In this document: piece by piece, positions 25,901 to 40,900 of the stretch
Layout of the letters: the number at the start of each line of letters is the position of its first letter
Numbering within the stretch: position 1 is the stretch's first letter
Origin: Mobula birostris
Taxonomy: Eukaryota
DNA length: 64,000 nucleotides
Assembly: GCF_030028105.1 (NCBI RefSeq)
Contig: NC_092375.1
Coordinates: 44,801,130-44,865,129 of the forward strand
Reading direction: 5' to 3'
The notes under the pieces: model-generated
Told to the model about the DNA's origin: nothing
What the model saw: only the letters and a program-made list of their open reading frames with translations
The model's database searches: none
Made by a program: the position numbers and the translations under genes

Positions 25901-28900
25901 TTCTGAATAAACAATAAAATCAAGCATCACCTGGAAACTGAAGGGCACCACCACCCAAATGCCGGAATCCTTCTCAGGTACTAGTTCAACGAGTAGAGGG
26001 AGTTTATCCACACTGATATGTCATATTTTTTCCATTAATCTTTGAAGGATCAAGTTGTCTTCACTGACATTTGCCCAGCTCCCTCCCAATTAGAATAATC
26101 TCCTATTCTAAATATTCAGCCTGACTGATTGACCATTAACACAGATTCAAACAACTAAAACATCCTTTTGATAACCTAATGGCATAGTCCTGAGCATAAT
26201 TTCAATGTCTGCAGATCTCCTCAACAGTGAGTTGGATAGCAAATTATTTCATGGAAACATAGGAGAAATTATAGATTAAGTTTAATACAGAAGTACAGTA
26301 TGTGACATGATCAATTTTGATAGGAAGAATAAGGAGAAGCAATATACCCTCAGTGTCACTTTATTAGGTACACCTGTACACCTGCTCATTAATGCAAATA
26401 TCTGATCAGCCAATCATGTGGCAGCAACTCAATGCAAAAGCATGTAGACCTGGTCAAAAGATTCAGTTGTTGTTCAAACCAAACATCATAATGGGGACGA
26501 AATGTGATCTAGAGACTTTTACTGTAAAATGATTATTGGCACCAGACAGGGAGGTTTGGAGTATCTCAGAAAATGCTGATCTCCTGAGATTTTCACACAT
26601 AACATTCTCTAGAGTTTACAGACAATGGTGCAGAAAATCTAAAAACATCCAATGATTGGCAGTTCTGTGGGTGAAAATGACTTGTTAATGAGAGAGGTCA
26701 GAGGAGAATGGCCAGACTGGTAGAAACTGACAGGAAGTAGACAGTAACTCAGATAACTACAACAGTGGTGTGCAGAAGACCATCTCTGAATGTACAACAC
26801 ATTGAGCCATGAGGTGCAGCAGAAGACAATAAACATACACTCAATGGCCACTTTATTAGGTACAGGAGGTACATAATAAAGCGGCCACTGTATGTAGATC
26901 AAACCTTACAATTTCAAATGGGGCACAGGAACAGAGACTTCTGGAATGTTACACACAAAACTGTGAAGATGGTAGGCGAAAAGAAGGAGGTAATTACAAA
27001 GACATAAAACTCATTTGCTCTTTAAATATTTGTTTTCTACATGCTGTCTTGACCATGATTGTTCTTGGCAAATTTTTCTACAGAACTGGCTTGCCATTGC
27101 CTTCTTCTGGGCGGTGTCTTTACAAGATGGGCGATGTCGACCATTATCAATACTCTTTAGAAACAATGTGCCTGGCATCAGTGGTCACATAACCACGACG
27201 TGATATGACCAGCTGCTCATACAAACATCCCCTGCTGCTTCCAAAGCTTCTCTTGATCCTGAACGAGGGGCTTAAGCAGGTGCTACACCTTGTTCAAAGG
27301 TAAGCTGCAGGCTGGTGGAGGGAAGGAGAATCTTACACCTCCTTTGGTAAAGATGCATCCCCACCCAGTCACCCATTAAGTTTTGGTACAGAATATAAAA
27401 TCAAGGAAGTTATGTTAAGCATTTATAAAAATATTTGGCTGGTCCCCCACTAAGACTGAATATTTAATGCAGGATGGCTGGCAAGTCTTAGAAAATGCAT
27501 ATAGCAGTTTTGGCATTCTTAACAGACCAGAGACCAGTTACAGGAAAATTTAATTTTGATGTTCAAAGCTTTGATAGGCCTTAATAGCTCCCAGTGGCAG
27601 AGTGTTCAAAACCAAAGGGTATGGATTTAATTCTAGAAATCAGAAACTATGAAACCATATTTAGAAAATGTAGCTTAACTGAGAATCTCCGAAAGAGTTA
27701 GTACAACACGATAGGCTGATGGGTTAGTATCCATACATTATCATTTTATGCTCGATAAGCACTCATAACTCTTATTACAAGCTCTGCTTTCAGCTGTGGC
27801 AACACAGCACCAGAAGGTGAGGTGTCTTAACTATCAAACTAGAAGTACTGGCAAAATAGCATGGGGTACGGCCATTTCTCAAGTTAAACGGTGCATTCCT
27901 GGAAAATGTTCCCTGAAGTGGAATTCTGTAAATCAATAAGGCTGAACAGAACACATAAGGGATATTTTGGTACAGAGTATTGCCATGGGCAGAGAATGGT
28001 GCATTATTTGCTATAGTGAAAGATAGATCTGTAAATCAAAGGCTCACTTCTCAAAGAATGAATGGCATTTGAGCAAAAATTCATAAATCAAACTCTTTCA
28101 TGTTGAGGAAAGCCTACAACAGTTGGAAAGCAGCTTTCACAGAGTACATTGACATCAAAGTAACTATGGTGTGGAACTATAGAGTTGTTCTAATTCTAAA
28201 TTTTGTAGAAAGTGATCATTCAATGGAGCTTTGGCATTATCCCTTCAAATATTTTTAAAAGTAGCCTTGTGCATCAAAAAAATTTCTTAATGTAAAACAG
28301 AGCTGCCATAGGGATTATTGTTAACTGAATTTGTTTAAATTTTTATCTAATTTCATTTCTTCTTAAAGTACCATGGAACATTTTAGGTATTAAACATATA
28401 TACAGTAAGTGCAACTTTCTGTTACATTGATTAGCACAGTTTAATGCTTCCACAATTAGTAGAAATATTGCATATGACATTCAGCACTTCTTGCTGAGAT
28501 GGAAATTTTATAAATTGTGCCAGTAATTTTTAACTTTTCAATGTGAGTGATCTATTCCTTCCTGACATTTGTACTTTGGCATAAAAAAAAGTTTTATGGA
28601 ACTGCTCCATCTAAATTTTAATACAGTATTAAAGTTGTCTTAGTTTCTTTTTGGGGTCTTTCGAATGTTATTGTCTCCGAAGAGAAGTTTGCAAGAGAAA
28701 ACATGCTTGAGAATTCTGCCACAGGTTGAATTTTACAGGAAACATGGTAGAAAGATGAGAATAATAAAAAAAAATCATGAGGAATTCTGATGGTGTGAAT
28801 AAGGATTAATTATTTTCTCTTGTTTGGGAAGAACAGCAAAGAATCTTCAATTTCAAATTGTCAATTGCCATTGAGGATGGCTGGTGAATCGATTTTTGCA

Positions 28901-31900
28901 CTGAATACAAATGACCATAAGCCGTGGTCCACAAATGACGTGGCCAAGTGGTTAAGGCGTTCATCTAGTGATCTGAAGGTCGCTAGTTCGAGCCTCAGCT
29001 GCGGCAGCATGTTTGTGTCCTTGAGCAAGGCACTTAACCACACATTGCTCTAGTGTCTGTGCGAGGAATGGCGCCCTACACAGACTTTCAATCTGCACCT
29101 TGTAAGGCATGAAAGTGCCCGATGCAGGCCTCATGGTCTGAGTTGACGTTCCCTCCCTAAGTCGAATGTGCTATGGAACATTGGGAAAATATGTGAAGGA
29201 GATGATAGAGATACATGGAGGGTTGTGTGGATGGGAGTGCAGAGACTGTTGTGATTGGTAAGTGGGACTGGTACTGGTTTGATGGCACTCTCCCTGTGCC
29301 AAATGAATAGACCATGAAACTGGTGCATCTTGCTCCTCTGCTCACCACCTGCAAACTGTAGGTGTCTGTGTCTGTCAGGTCCCAGCGGCATCTTCCTAGT
29401 CCTTGGGAGGGTGGGGGGAAGATTGTCTAGCTGAGCCTAGGGCAGTATTGTTGGTTGCCAATGGCTCACCAATTTATTTCAAAGCCTGCTAATCCCAGTT
29501 CTTCAATAAAATGGTTTTAATAAACATCATAGTGAGCTGGCTCCCTGCAGTCTCTTTAAATGGCATTGATTTAGCTGTTAAGCCCTGAGAAAACTGGCAG
29601 CAGTCTGCTGTCAGGCTCCGAAGAATTTTGTAATGATCACTGACATCCCTGTTTGCATTTGTCGAATGTAAATTCCATGCTTGCATTTGGAATGCAAATA
29701 CAGGAACCTTCAGCAATGCAGGTTGGACTATTGCTTACTCGATAACATGCAGTGTGTGGACATCCACCCTCTGTGTGGGACACTTCAACTTTTACCTCAG
29801 GAGTGTCAAGTGGGACAGGGCCAATGAGAAAGTGCAAACATGAGGAAATCTGCAGATGCTGGAAATTCAAGCAACACACACAAAATGTTGGTGGAACGCA
29901 GCAGGCCAGACAACATTTATAGGAAGAAGCACAGTCGACGTTACGGGCTGAGACCCTTTGTCAGGACTAACTGAAGGAAGAGATAGTAAGAGATTTGATA
30001 GAGGGTGGGAGAGGGGGAGATCCGAAATGATAGGAGAAGACAGGAGGGGGAGGGATAAAGTGAAAAGCTGGAAAGTTGATTGGTAAAAGGGATACAAGGC
30101 TGGAGAAGGCAGAGGATCATGGGATGGGAGGCCTAGGGAGAAAGAAAGGGGAAGGGGAACCCAGAGGAAGATGGAGAGCAGGCAAGGAGTTATTGTGAGA
30201 GGGACAGAGAGAGAAAGAGAGAGAGAGAAAAAAAAGGGAAATAAATAAATAAATAAGGGATGGGCTAAAAAGGGGAGGAGGGACATTAACGGAAGTTAGA
30301 GAAGTCAGTGTTCATGCCACCAGGTTGGAGGCTACCCAGATGGAATATAAGGTGTTGTTCCTCCAACCTGAGTGTGGCCTCATCTTGACAGTAGAGGAGG
30401 CCGTGGGTAGACATATCAGAATGGGAATGGGCTGTGGAAAAAAAAGTGTGGCCACAGGGAGATCCTGCTTTCTCTGGCGGACAGAGCACAGGAGTTCAAC
30501 AAAACGGTCTCCCAGTCTGCGTCGGGTCTCACCAATATATAGAAGGCCGCACTGTGAGCACCGGACGCAGTATATCTCCCCAGTCGACTCACAGGTGAAG
30601 TGTCGCCTCACCTGGAAGGACTGTCTGGGGCCCTTAATAGTGGTGAGGAAGGAAGTGTAAGGGCATAAGGAGCACTTGTTCCACTTACAAGGATATGTGC
30701 CGGGAGGGAGATCAGTAGGAAGGGATGGGGGCGCCTCTGGGTCCAACATATAATTCTCCGTAACTTCTGCCACCTCCAACGGGATCCTGCCACCAAGCAC
30801 ATCTTCCCCCCCCCCCCGGCTTTTCACTGGGATCACTCCCTACACGACCCCCTTGTCCATTCATTCCCCCCAGCCCTCCAAGTTCACTCCAACAACTCCA
30901 GCCCAGACATGCTGCAAACGTCCTGCCCCAGCGAGACTCCAGTCACACCCCAAAAATGCATCAGTGGCATTCAGGCCTGGTGACCAACCAAAATACAAGA
31001 GGACCAGGTAACTTACCGGAAAGCCATCTCACATGCGAAGTGGCAATTCCTGACCAAACCTGAATCATTGAAGAATGCTTGACATTTGCGGTAGGGCACA
31101 ATGCTATCACCTTCTACAAAGTGAAACCAAGTGACATAGGTGATAACGACAACAGGGCTTCACTCCCAGATGAGCTCAGTGCCTTCTATGTTCACTTTGA
31201 CTGTCAAAACACAGAGTCACTTTCGCAAACTCCCACAGCCCCCGATGACCTTGTGATTTCAGTCTCTGAAGCTGACCTGAGAGCATCCTTCAGGAGGGTG
31301 AACCTACGGAAAGTATCCGGCCCAGACAGGGTACCTGGCCAAGTACTAAGGCCTGTATTGATCAACTGGCTGAAGTGTTCACTGAGATCTTTAACCACTC
31401 ACATTATCAGTCTGAGGTACGTAGCTGTTTAAAAGAGGCCTCGGTTATACGGGTGCCTAAGAAGAATGTGGTAAGCTGCCTCAGTGACTATCATCCAGTA
31501 GCACTTACATCCACAGTGATGAAGTGCTTCGAGAGATTGGTGATGAAACACACCAACTGTCACCGGAGAAGTGACTTGAACCTCCTCTAATTTGCCTACT
31601 GGAGCAACAGAACAAGACGCCTACCATGTCTTTGGCTCTTCACTCAAACCTGGAACATCTAGACAGCGAAGATGCATACATCAGGATGCTCTTCATTGAC
31701 TATTGCTCAGCATTCAATACTAACATCCCCTCAAAACCAATCAATAAGCTTCAAGATCTCAATGCTTGGTTGTATAACTGGATCCCCAGGACTCTCACTT
31801 GCAGACCCAGTCTGTTCAGACTGGCAACATCACAAGGTTGTGTGTTAACCCCTTTGCTCTTCATACATTATAGCAATGACTGTGAAGCTAAGCACAGCTC

Positions 31901-34900
31901 CAAAGCCATATTTAAGTTTGTTGACGATAGCGCTGCCATTGGCTGAATCAAAAGGTGGTGACGAACCAGCATATAGGAAGCAGATTGAAAATCTGGCTGA
32001 GAGGTGCCACAGCAAAAACCTCTCACTCAATGTCATCAAGACCAATGAGATAGTTATTGGCTTCAGGAACAGGAAACTGGAGGTCCAAGAGTGAGTCCTC
32101 ATCGAAAGATCAGAGGTGGAAGGAATTAGCAACTTCAAGGATTTTATCCTTTCTGAGGGTCTGTCCTGGGTCTAGTAGGGCAGCAATTCTACTGTCTTAG
32201 GAGTTAGCAAAGACTCAGCATGTCATCTAAACCTTTGACAAGCCCTACAGATATGTGATGGAGAGTACATTTACTGGTTGCATCATGGCCTGGTATGGGA
32301 ACATCAATGCTCCTGAACAGAAAATCCTACTAAAAGTAGTGGACACAACCCAGTTCATCCTGGTTAAAGCCCTCCCCACTACTGAGCACATCTTCATGGA
32401 GTGCTATTGCAGGAAAGCAACATCCATCATCAAGGACCCACACCATTCAGGCCATGCTGTCTTCTCACTGCTGCCAGCAGGACGGTAGAGTTGCCTCAGG
32501 ACTCACAGCACTGGGTTGCAGACGAGTTATTACCCCTCAACCATCAAGCTCTTAAACCAGAGGGGATAACTTCACTCGCCCCATCACTGAACTGTTCCCA
32601 CAATCTATGGACTCAGTTCAAGGACACTTCATCTCATGTTCTCCATACTTATTTATTATTATTACCTTTTATTTTTTTTCCTCGGCCCAAGCTGGAAAAA
32701 TCTGAGCCACAGGCATAGCCAAGCACACCCATTTCTCAATTGTTAGGAAGTGTCGGATTATTCTAGTGGTATTTAGTATTGTGGCTTTCTGGAGATTTAT
32801 ATACATCTCCAGAAAGCCACAATACTACATAGCAATGTTTATTTACAAAAATATTACCATGTAGGCCTAATTGCTTAATGCTATTACTATGCGACAATGT
32901 ATACCTTGTTAATGATATCACTATTGCAACAATGTACTGTATATCTTGTTCATGTTCCATAGTCTTTCAATTTTCTCGATTAATTCAGCATATTTCTGGT
33001 GTTTTTCACTTTTTGATTTCTGTATGTTATGTCTGTTTGGAACGGCTCTATCTATTATGTAGTTCTTGTTTATCCTGAAATATTATATCTGGATGGTTAT
33101 TATGGATTGTCCTATCTGTAATAATGGATAAGTTGTAATATAATTTTTGGACTCCGACTCTAAATCTGGATCAGGCTTGTATGGTGTGGTGTCTCTTATG
33201 AATTTGTGTTTTAAAGCAACATTTTAGTGAATGATGCTTGCCACTTGATTGTGCCTGTGTAAGTCATCAGATTGAGTTAAACTACTACAGGATCCTGTAA
33301 CGTGTTGGATTGTTTCTGGTTTCTCTTGGCACTTTCATAAATTTGTTGGTCTTCCATTAGATAGTTTTGATAATGTTTTGTGTTAATCACTTGGTTCTGC
33401 ATTGCTCTACCATATCCGTAGTGTTCCTGTCCCATAATATCTGCAGTGCATTCCATGCTGACCACTGCATGTTGGACTTGCGGTCAAAGGTGTTTTATTT
33501 GAAAGTACTCTTCAAAAGAACAGATATTGGAGCAATATCCTCAGACTGGGACATTGTGTGGTAACAGCAAAAAGGCGACAGGTGGGACCTTTACACATAG
33601 TGACCTTGGTCCACACATCGCCTAATACAGCCTCATGTGAAGGTGGTCATCAGGATGAGCACAACGTTGCAACACTTTTTCTGAGATACAATCAATGCAA
33701 TCAATAGGCTGTAATTTTCATTTCAGAGTTGAGCCTTTCAACCACCCGTATGACTTGGCCTTCTCGCGGTGTGAACTAAAGTCTCAGAGGTGCAGGACAA
33801 TTGTGGTGTGGCAAGTACAGGCCGAAGGAAGGCAGCAGCACCCAGGCCTGAGAGCAGAGAACGAACCAACGTTTGGCCATTGCTGGAGTGGACTTGGAGG
33901 TGATTCAATGTGACAGAACCAAGGTGAGGCAGAGAATCAGAACCAGGTTTAATATCACAGGCGTATGTTGTGAAATTTGTTGTGATATGGCAATAGTACA
34001 TCACAATGCATAATAATAGACACTGAAAATTACAGTGTATAAATGTATTTAAAAGTTAAATTAATTAGAGAAAAAAAGTAGTGGTGTAGTGTTCACGGGT
34101 TCAATTCAGAAATCTGATGGCAGAAGGGAAGAAGGTATTCCTGAAACATTGATCGTGTGCCTTCAGGCTCCTGTACCTCCTCCCTGATTGTTGCAGTGAG
34201 AAGAGAGCATGTCCTAGCTGATGGGGGTCCTTAATGACAGATGCTGCCTTTTTGTGGCATTGCTCCTTGAAGATGTCCTGGGTGCTAGGGAGGCTAGTGG
34301 CTGTGGTGAGCTGATTGAGTTCACAGCTTTCTGCAGCTCATTTCAATCTTGTGTAGTGCCTCCCACCCCGCCCCCATACCAGATGGTGATGCTGCCAGTT
34401 AGAATGCTCTCCACAGTACAAATGTAGAAATTTGCAGTTGTCATTAGTGATATATCAAATCTCCAAAAACTATAGAAACATAGCTAATGCTGTGCCTTCT
34501 TTGTAACTGCATCTATATGTTGGGCCTAGGAGAGATCCTCAGAGATGCTGACACCCAAGAACTTGATCTTTCTCAGTCTTTCCACTTCTGATCCGTTGAT
34601 GAGGAGTGGTGTGTGTTCCCTCGTCTTACCCTTTCTGAAGTCCACAATCAATTCTTTGGTCTCACTGACACTGAGTGCAGGGTTGTTCTGCAAAAACACT
34701 CATCCAGCTGATCTAACATGCTCCTGTATGCCTTCTCTTCACCATCTTAAATTCTGCCAGCAATAGTTGTGTCACTGGCAAATTTATAGATGGTATTTGA
34801 GCTGTGCCTAGCCAGACAGTTATAGGTGTAGAGAGAGTGGAACAGTGGGCCAAGCACACATCCTTGAGGTGCACCAGTGTGATTATTAGCAAGGTAAATT

Positions 34901-37900
34901 TGTTATTTCCGATCTGCCCAGACTGTGGTCTTCCGGTGAGGAAACTGAGGATCCATTTGCAGAGTGAGGTTGAGAGCTGCAGGTTTTGGAGCTTTGTAGG
35001 AATGACTGGTTAAATGCTGAGCTGTAGTCAATAAACAGCAGCCTGATGCAAGTATTAATATTGTCCAGATGATCCAAGGCCATGTGAAGAGCAAATGAGA
35101 TTGTATCCGCTGTAGACCTATTGTGGCAATAAGCACATTGCAGTGGGCCCAGGTCCTTGAATAGGAAGGAACTGATTCTAGCCATGACCAACCTCTCAAA
35201 GCTCTTCATCACCAAGGATGTACTGCAAGTGCTACAGTTGTTAAGGTCTACTCTTACTGGACACTGGCATGATTGTTGTCCTTATGAAGCAGAGCTGAGG
35301 TGGTGTAGCCCAGGTCTGGGCCTGAGAGCGAGGAGAGATCTGCTGTTTAGACAAATTAAGCACCGTCCAGATTGGAAAGGAGTGGTATGGGTCGAATTGA
35401 GGCAGTGGGGCCCAGGCCCAACAGCGTATTGAAGCAGCAGGGCCCAGGCCAAGAGTGAGGAATGAGGTGAGGTAAGGCCAATTTAAGTGCCAGGCCAGAT
35501 TGAGTAGGTCAGGGTATCAGGCCGGAGGAGAGGGATAGGCTGTCATTCAGCTCACTGCTCTCTGAGGTGTACTCGTCCCTGCACTGAACTGCGGCTGGGG
35601 CCTGCAACTAACAGGCTCCTGGACCGGCTGCAGTGACGACTGTCTTCACAGCTGTGGATTCACTTTCATGAATTTCAGTTCTGAATGTTATTTGCTTACT
35701 TCGTTGTTTGTATGATTTCTTTTCTCTGCATGTTGGGAGTTTAATGAGTTTCTTTCTTTTGTGGCTGCGTGTAAGGAAATGAATCTCAAGGTTGTACATA
35801 GTATACATACTTCGATAATAAATGTACTTTGAACCTTAAAAGAAAAGAATGGCTGTAAAAGTTTCTATCTTATCATTGACACAACTGTATCATCTTATAA
35901 TTATTAAATATAGTTAGATTAATGGAACATCTCTATCAGCAGTAACAAAATAGTTTGTGGTTTAAGACAGTTGCAAGAAAGATGAACAATTAATGCTGCC
36001 TACCTCTTTTTCAACCACAATGCTGTTTCTGACATCAGGCGATGACTCAGACATCTGACATGCCTCCAATCTACTCCAAAGCCCCTGCCCTTGAGCTTAT
36101 AACACCTCACTGTGAACAATAGAAGTGATCCTTACTTATTCTGCAGAGAAACCCCAACCTTTGATCTGGCTCCACAGTAGAGCGGTCAGGATCCTGAAAC
36201 TCGCTGAGGACTTATTTTGTGACTGCATGCCTTCCTCTACCCTAATGCAAGTTTTAATAACATCCATTCTTGGTTGCATACCATGAATCTTTGCAATGCC
36301 AAGTTGTCAAGAAAGTGTAAGAGATGTAGACCTGCCTTCAATACTTTAAAAAAAAGTGAAGGAGATGGTCATGGACCCCACTGAACTTCTGATCCATTTT
36401 CTTGTGTTATGCTGTCATGGACTTGTTTTTAGCTTGACATTTACCATAACGAACTATACCACCGATACAAACACACTAGTTACTGTTTGTCCAATATATT
36501 CAACAAATCCATAGATAACATAATTGAAATTACTTTCAACCATTGCTTTGGTAACACCAACCAATCATAGTTTTACTAATGTCATGATACTAATTTAGTT
36601 GTCCTGAAGCAGAAAACTTATTAGAACGATGGCTATTGTCTGTACTTCAAAATTATATCATAACCTTGAAATTGCTCTCCATGGATTCTCTGTACAGTAT
36701 TCATGTTACAGAACACAGAACATTACAGCACAGTACAGACCCTTCAGCCAGCTGTTGTGCCGACCTTTTAACCTGTTCTAAGATCAATCTAACTTATCCT
36801 CCTACGTAGCCCTCCATTTTTATGTCAGAACCTTTAATCAATTTTGGTTCCTACTGCGATTATCATAGCACTCCTATTGCTTGCCTATCAAGCAAGCAGC
36901 TACCTGGCTGGTTAGTGGGATATGCAGTCCTAGTTAAGCATGATTGTGGAAATTGCAGCAAAGTAAGAGTTAAGAGCATGAGACCTAACAGAGCACAGGC
37001 ACTTTGTACAGGCTTTCTCTGAAGGCAACAAGTCAAGATGATAAGATAACTGAGACAGTACCCAGGCTGAATATGGCCCTTGAAAGCCGACCTCTTACAC
37101 AGCCTTTCTGTTCAAGCCTGGGAACCCAGATCACTAAGCAAACCAAGACAGATGAAGACGCAAATAAAGGATTCTAGCACTTACTATTGCACAATTATAT
37201 TATTAATTCTAGTATTATTGGCCTGTAATATGTGGATTTAATTAGTTACTAACACCTAAAATATGTATTATGATTGGTACTTAAGAATTGCACAAAATTT
37301 CTATTGGATAAATATTTGTAAATAACTAATACATTTCTGTTTAAAAATTGTATTCTTTTGTTCAAACTTCAGAGCAGTGTGGTAACAGGGGAAGTACTGT
37401 TCTCCTTGTGCACAAGTAAATACAGTGTGATTGAGGAACCTGTGCAAGTTGTCAGTGTCCAGTTCATCAGCAACAACAGATGACCTATAATCCCAAGGAA
37501 TTGAAGTGGCACCTTTAAAGTCAAACTGGTTGTTATCTTCCAAAATGTGATTGATTCTGAAATAGTTCCTACAGACTTAAAGGAAAGAAATGTAACCTGG
37601 CTATTTAGGAATGGTGGGAGAGAGGAACGAGAACTACAGACTAGTAAGTCATGACTCTATAGTAAACTGAATAGCCTGTTATTATGGCAGGGCTCTGTTG
37701 GCCAGCAGGAACTAGTCTACAAATTAGTGGATTCAATTACCCAAGGACAGGGGAAGCAGACAAACCAATTGTCTTTTTTTCCCCCCATTTTGTGGATTCT
37801 GAACTGATTCTTCCTCTGGGATAAACCAATCAGAGCAACTGAATGTGACACAAGGAGCATCAGGTAACCTGCTAAACTGGAGACCACTCTCAGACAAGTA

Positions 37901-40900
37901 TCTATTTTTTTGTAAAATGCCAGACCTGCTAAAGAGGCAATCTGTAATCTCATTATAATCTATCTGGGTCACCTAGTTTAACTGGTTTGGATCAGTCAGA
38001 GTTGAAAGACACATGCACCAGGTTGGAGGTGGGGCAGAACCATGAAACAATGTTGGTTATTGCCCTGGACTAGAACCAGAAAGGTGACTCAGGCAGGTGA
38101 GGTGACCTTGAGCCAATGGGATGGAGATCCTCCAGTTCAACAGATGAGGAACACTCTAGGAGTCAGGAGCTCCAAATACATAGCAGCGACAACCCTCCAG
38201 CAACCAGAGACCAACCTTTGCAGATAAGGAGGACACATTGGACACATGGAGATCGGGACTATAAGGAACGCCTGGCCAGTGTACTCATTTCCTGGGTAAT
38301 ACCTTCTATCTTCATTGACTGCTATTGGAGGGTCAGGGATTCTAGTGGTCGTGTACGCAAGTAGTCAGTTTGTGAACCCATGCGCTTTTTAGTTGTGACA
38401 ATAAAAATTATTTGGTGGTAAATACAGATTTTTTGTGCCTCACTGATTATTACTACAAGGGGTGATTTGTGTAACAGAATATTGGCGTCCCTGCTGGGGA
38501 CTCAAGGATAAATCTCTTTGTTCAGCGGGAAACTCGAGTTGGTCCACGTGGTGAGGTACGGAGAGATCTGGAGCTGGGTAGTTAGTGGGAACTAACCCAG
38601 GATGAGGAATTCAGGAAATTCTGTAAATCCGAAGGACTTGGGATGTTTTGATTGAAGGAGATACCTCCAGAAATACATGTTGGGGAACCAGCCACAATAT
38701 GAGGAGTTTGTTGGTCACCCTGGCTGTGAATGGAAAACTGCTGGAGATGCCCCTTGTAAATTTGCCCAAGGGAAGTAATCAGGCTGGAAGTTTAAACTAT
38801 TACAAACACCAGTGGCAGTTTGCTGCCACACATACAGAATGCAGGAGGAACTCAGCAGGCCAAAGAGTACAGTCAACCTTCTGGGCTGAGACCCTTCATC
38901 AGAACTGGAGAAAAAAGATGAGGAGTCAGTGTAAGAAGGTGGGGGGGAGGGGTGAAGTGAAGAGCTGGGAAGTTGATTGGTGAAAGAGTTACAGGGCTGG
39001 AGAAGGGGAAATCTGATAGGAGAGGACAGAAGGCCATGGAAGAAAGGGAAAGGGAAGGAGCACCAGAGGGAGGAGATGGGCGGGTAAAAGATAAAGTGAG
39101 AGAGGGAATGAGGAATGGTGAAGGGGGTGCATTACTGGAAGTTTGAGGAAACGATGCTCATGCCATCAGGTTGGAGACTACCCAGATAGAATATGAGGTG
39201 TCGTTCCTCCAACCAGAGTGTGGCCTCATTGCGGCAGTAGAGGAGGCCATGTTGGAATGGGAATGGGAAGTGGAATTAAAATGGGTTGCCACTGGGATAT
39301 CCTGCTTTTTCTGGCAGATGCAGTCTCCCAATCTACATCGGGTCTTACTGATATACAGGAGGCCACACCATGAGCACCAGATACAGTAGATGACCCAAAT
39401 AGACTCATAGGTGAAGTGTCGCCTCAACCGGAAAGACTATTTGGGGCCCTGAATTGTAGGGAGGGAAGAGGTGCACGGACAGGTGTAGCACTTGTTCTGC
39501 TTGCAAGGATACGTGCCAGGAGGGAGATTGGTGGAGAGGGACAAATGGACAAAGGAGTTGTGTAGGAAGCGATCCCTGCGGAAAGCAGAAAGTGCGGAGA
39601 AGGGGGAGGGAGGGAAGGATGAGTTTGGTGGTGGGATCCCATTGGCAATGACATAAGTTCTGGAGAATTATGTGCTGGATGCAGAGGCTAGTGTTGTGGT
39701 AGGCGAGGACAAGAGGAAGCCTATCCCTGGTGAGGTGGTGAGAGGATGGGGCAAAGGCAGATGTTGACAAAATGGAAGCGATGCAGTTGATGGCAGTGTT
39801 GATAGTGGAGGAAGAGAACCCCTTTTCTTTGAAGAAGGAGTACATCTTCTCCAACCTGATGGCATGAATGTCGATTTCTCGAACTTCTGGTAATTGCCTC
39901 TACACCTTTTCCGCCATTCCCAATTCCTATTTCCCTCTCTCACTTTATCTCCTTATCTGTCCATCACCTCCCTCTGGTGCTCCTCCCCCTGTTCTTGCTT
40001 CCATGGCCTTCTGTCCTCTCCTATCAGATTCCCCCTCCTCCAGCACTTTATCTCTTTCACCAGTCGACTTCCTATCTGTTCACTCCTTCTCTCCTTCCTC
40101 CCCTTCCCAGTTTCACCCATCACTTTGTGTTTCTTCCTCCCCTCCCCCCACCTTCTAACTCTGACTCCTCATCTTTTATTTCTTTAGTCTTGATGAAGGG
40201 TCTCAGCCCTAAATGTCAACTGTACTCCTTTCCAAAGATGTTACCTGGCCTGCTGAGTTCCACCAACACATTTTGTGAATTGCTTGGATTTCCAGCATCT
40301 GCAGATTTTCTCTTGTTTGTGATTGTAGCAGTTGGCTGTTTAATTGAAGATATGATAGGATTCAGCGGCCTCAATGACTACAGACCAGTGGCATTGACCT
40401 CCCACATCATGAAGACCCTGGAGAGACTTGTTCTGGAGCTGCTCCGGCCTATGGTCAGGCCACACTTAGATCCCCTCCAGTTCGCCTACCAGCCCCGACT
40501 AGGAGTTGAGGATGCCATCGTCTTCCTGCTGAACTGTGTCTACGTCTTCCTGCTGAACTGTGTCTACACCCACCTGGACAAGCCAGCGAGCACTGTGAGC
40601 GTCATGTTTTTTGACTTCTCCAGTGCGTTCAACACCATCCTCCCTGCTCTGCTGGGGGAGAAGCTGACAGCGATGCAGGAAGATGCTTCCCTGGTGTCAT
40701 GGATTCTTGATTACCTGACTGGCAGACCACAGTACGTGTGCTTGCAACACTGTGTGTCCGACAGAGTGATCAGCAGCACTGGGGCCCCACAGGGGACTAT
40801 CTTCTCTCCTTTTCTCTTCACCATTTACACCTCGGACTTCAACTACTGCACAGAGTCTTGTCATCTTCAGAAGTTTTCTGATGACTCTGTCATAGTTGGA

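Noticed and set aside
28938-29010. tRNA gene (also 57655-57728)
   Set aside because: A and B boxes are present but are followed by a shared SINE body in both copies, and I could not build a complete cloverleaf.
39977-40360. N-terminal third of the 316-aa ORF
   Set aside because: Chance read-through from the PLE UTR and ERV sequence into the LINE RT; not part of LINE ORF2.
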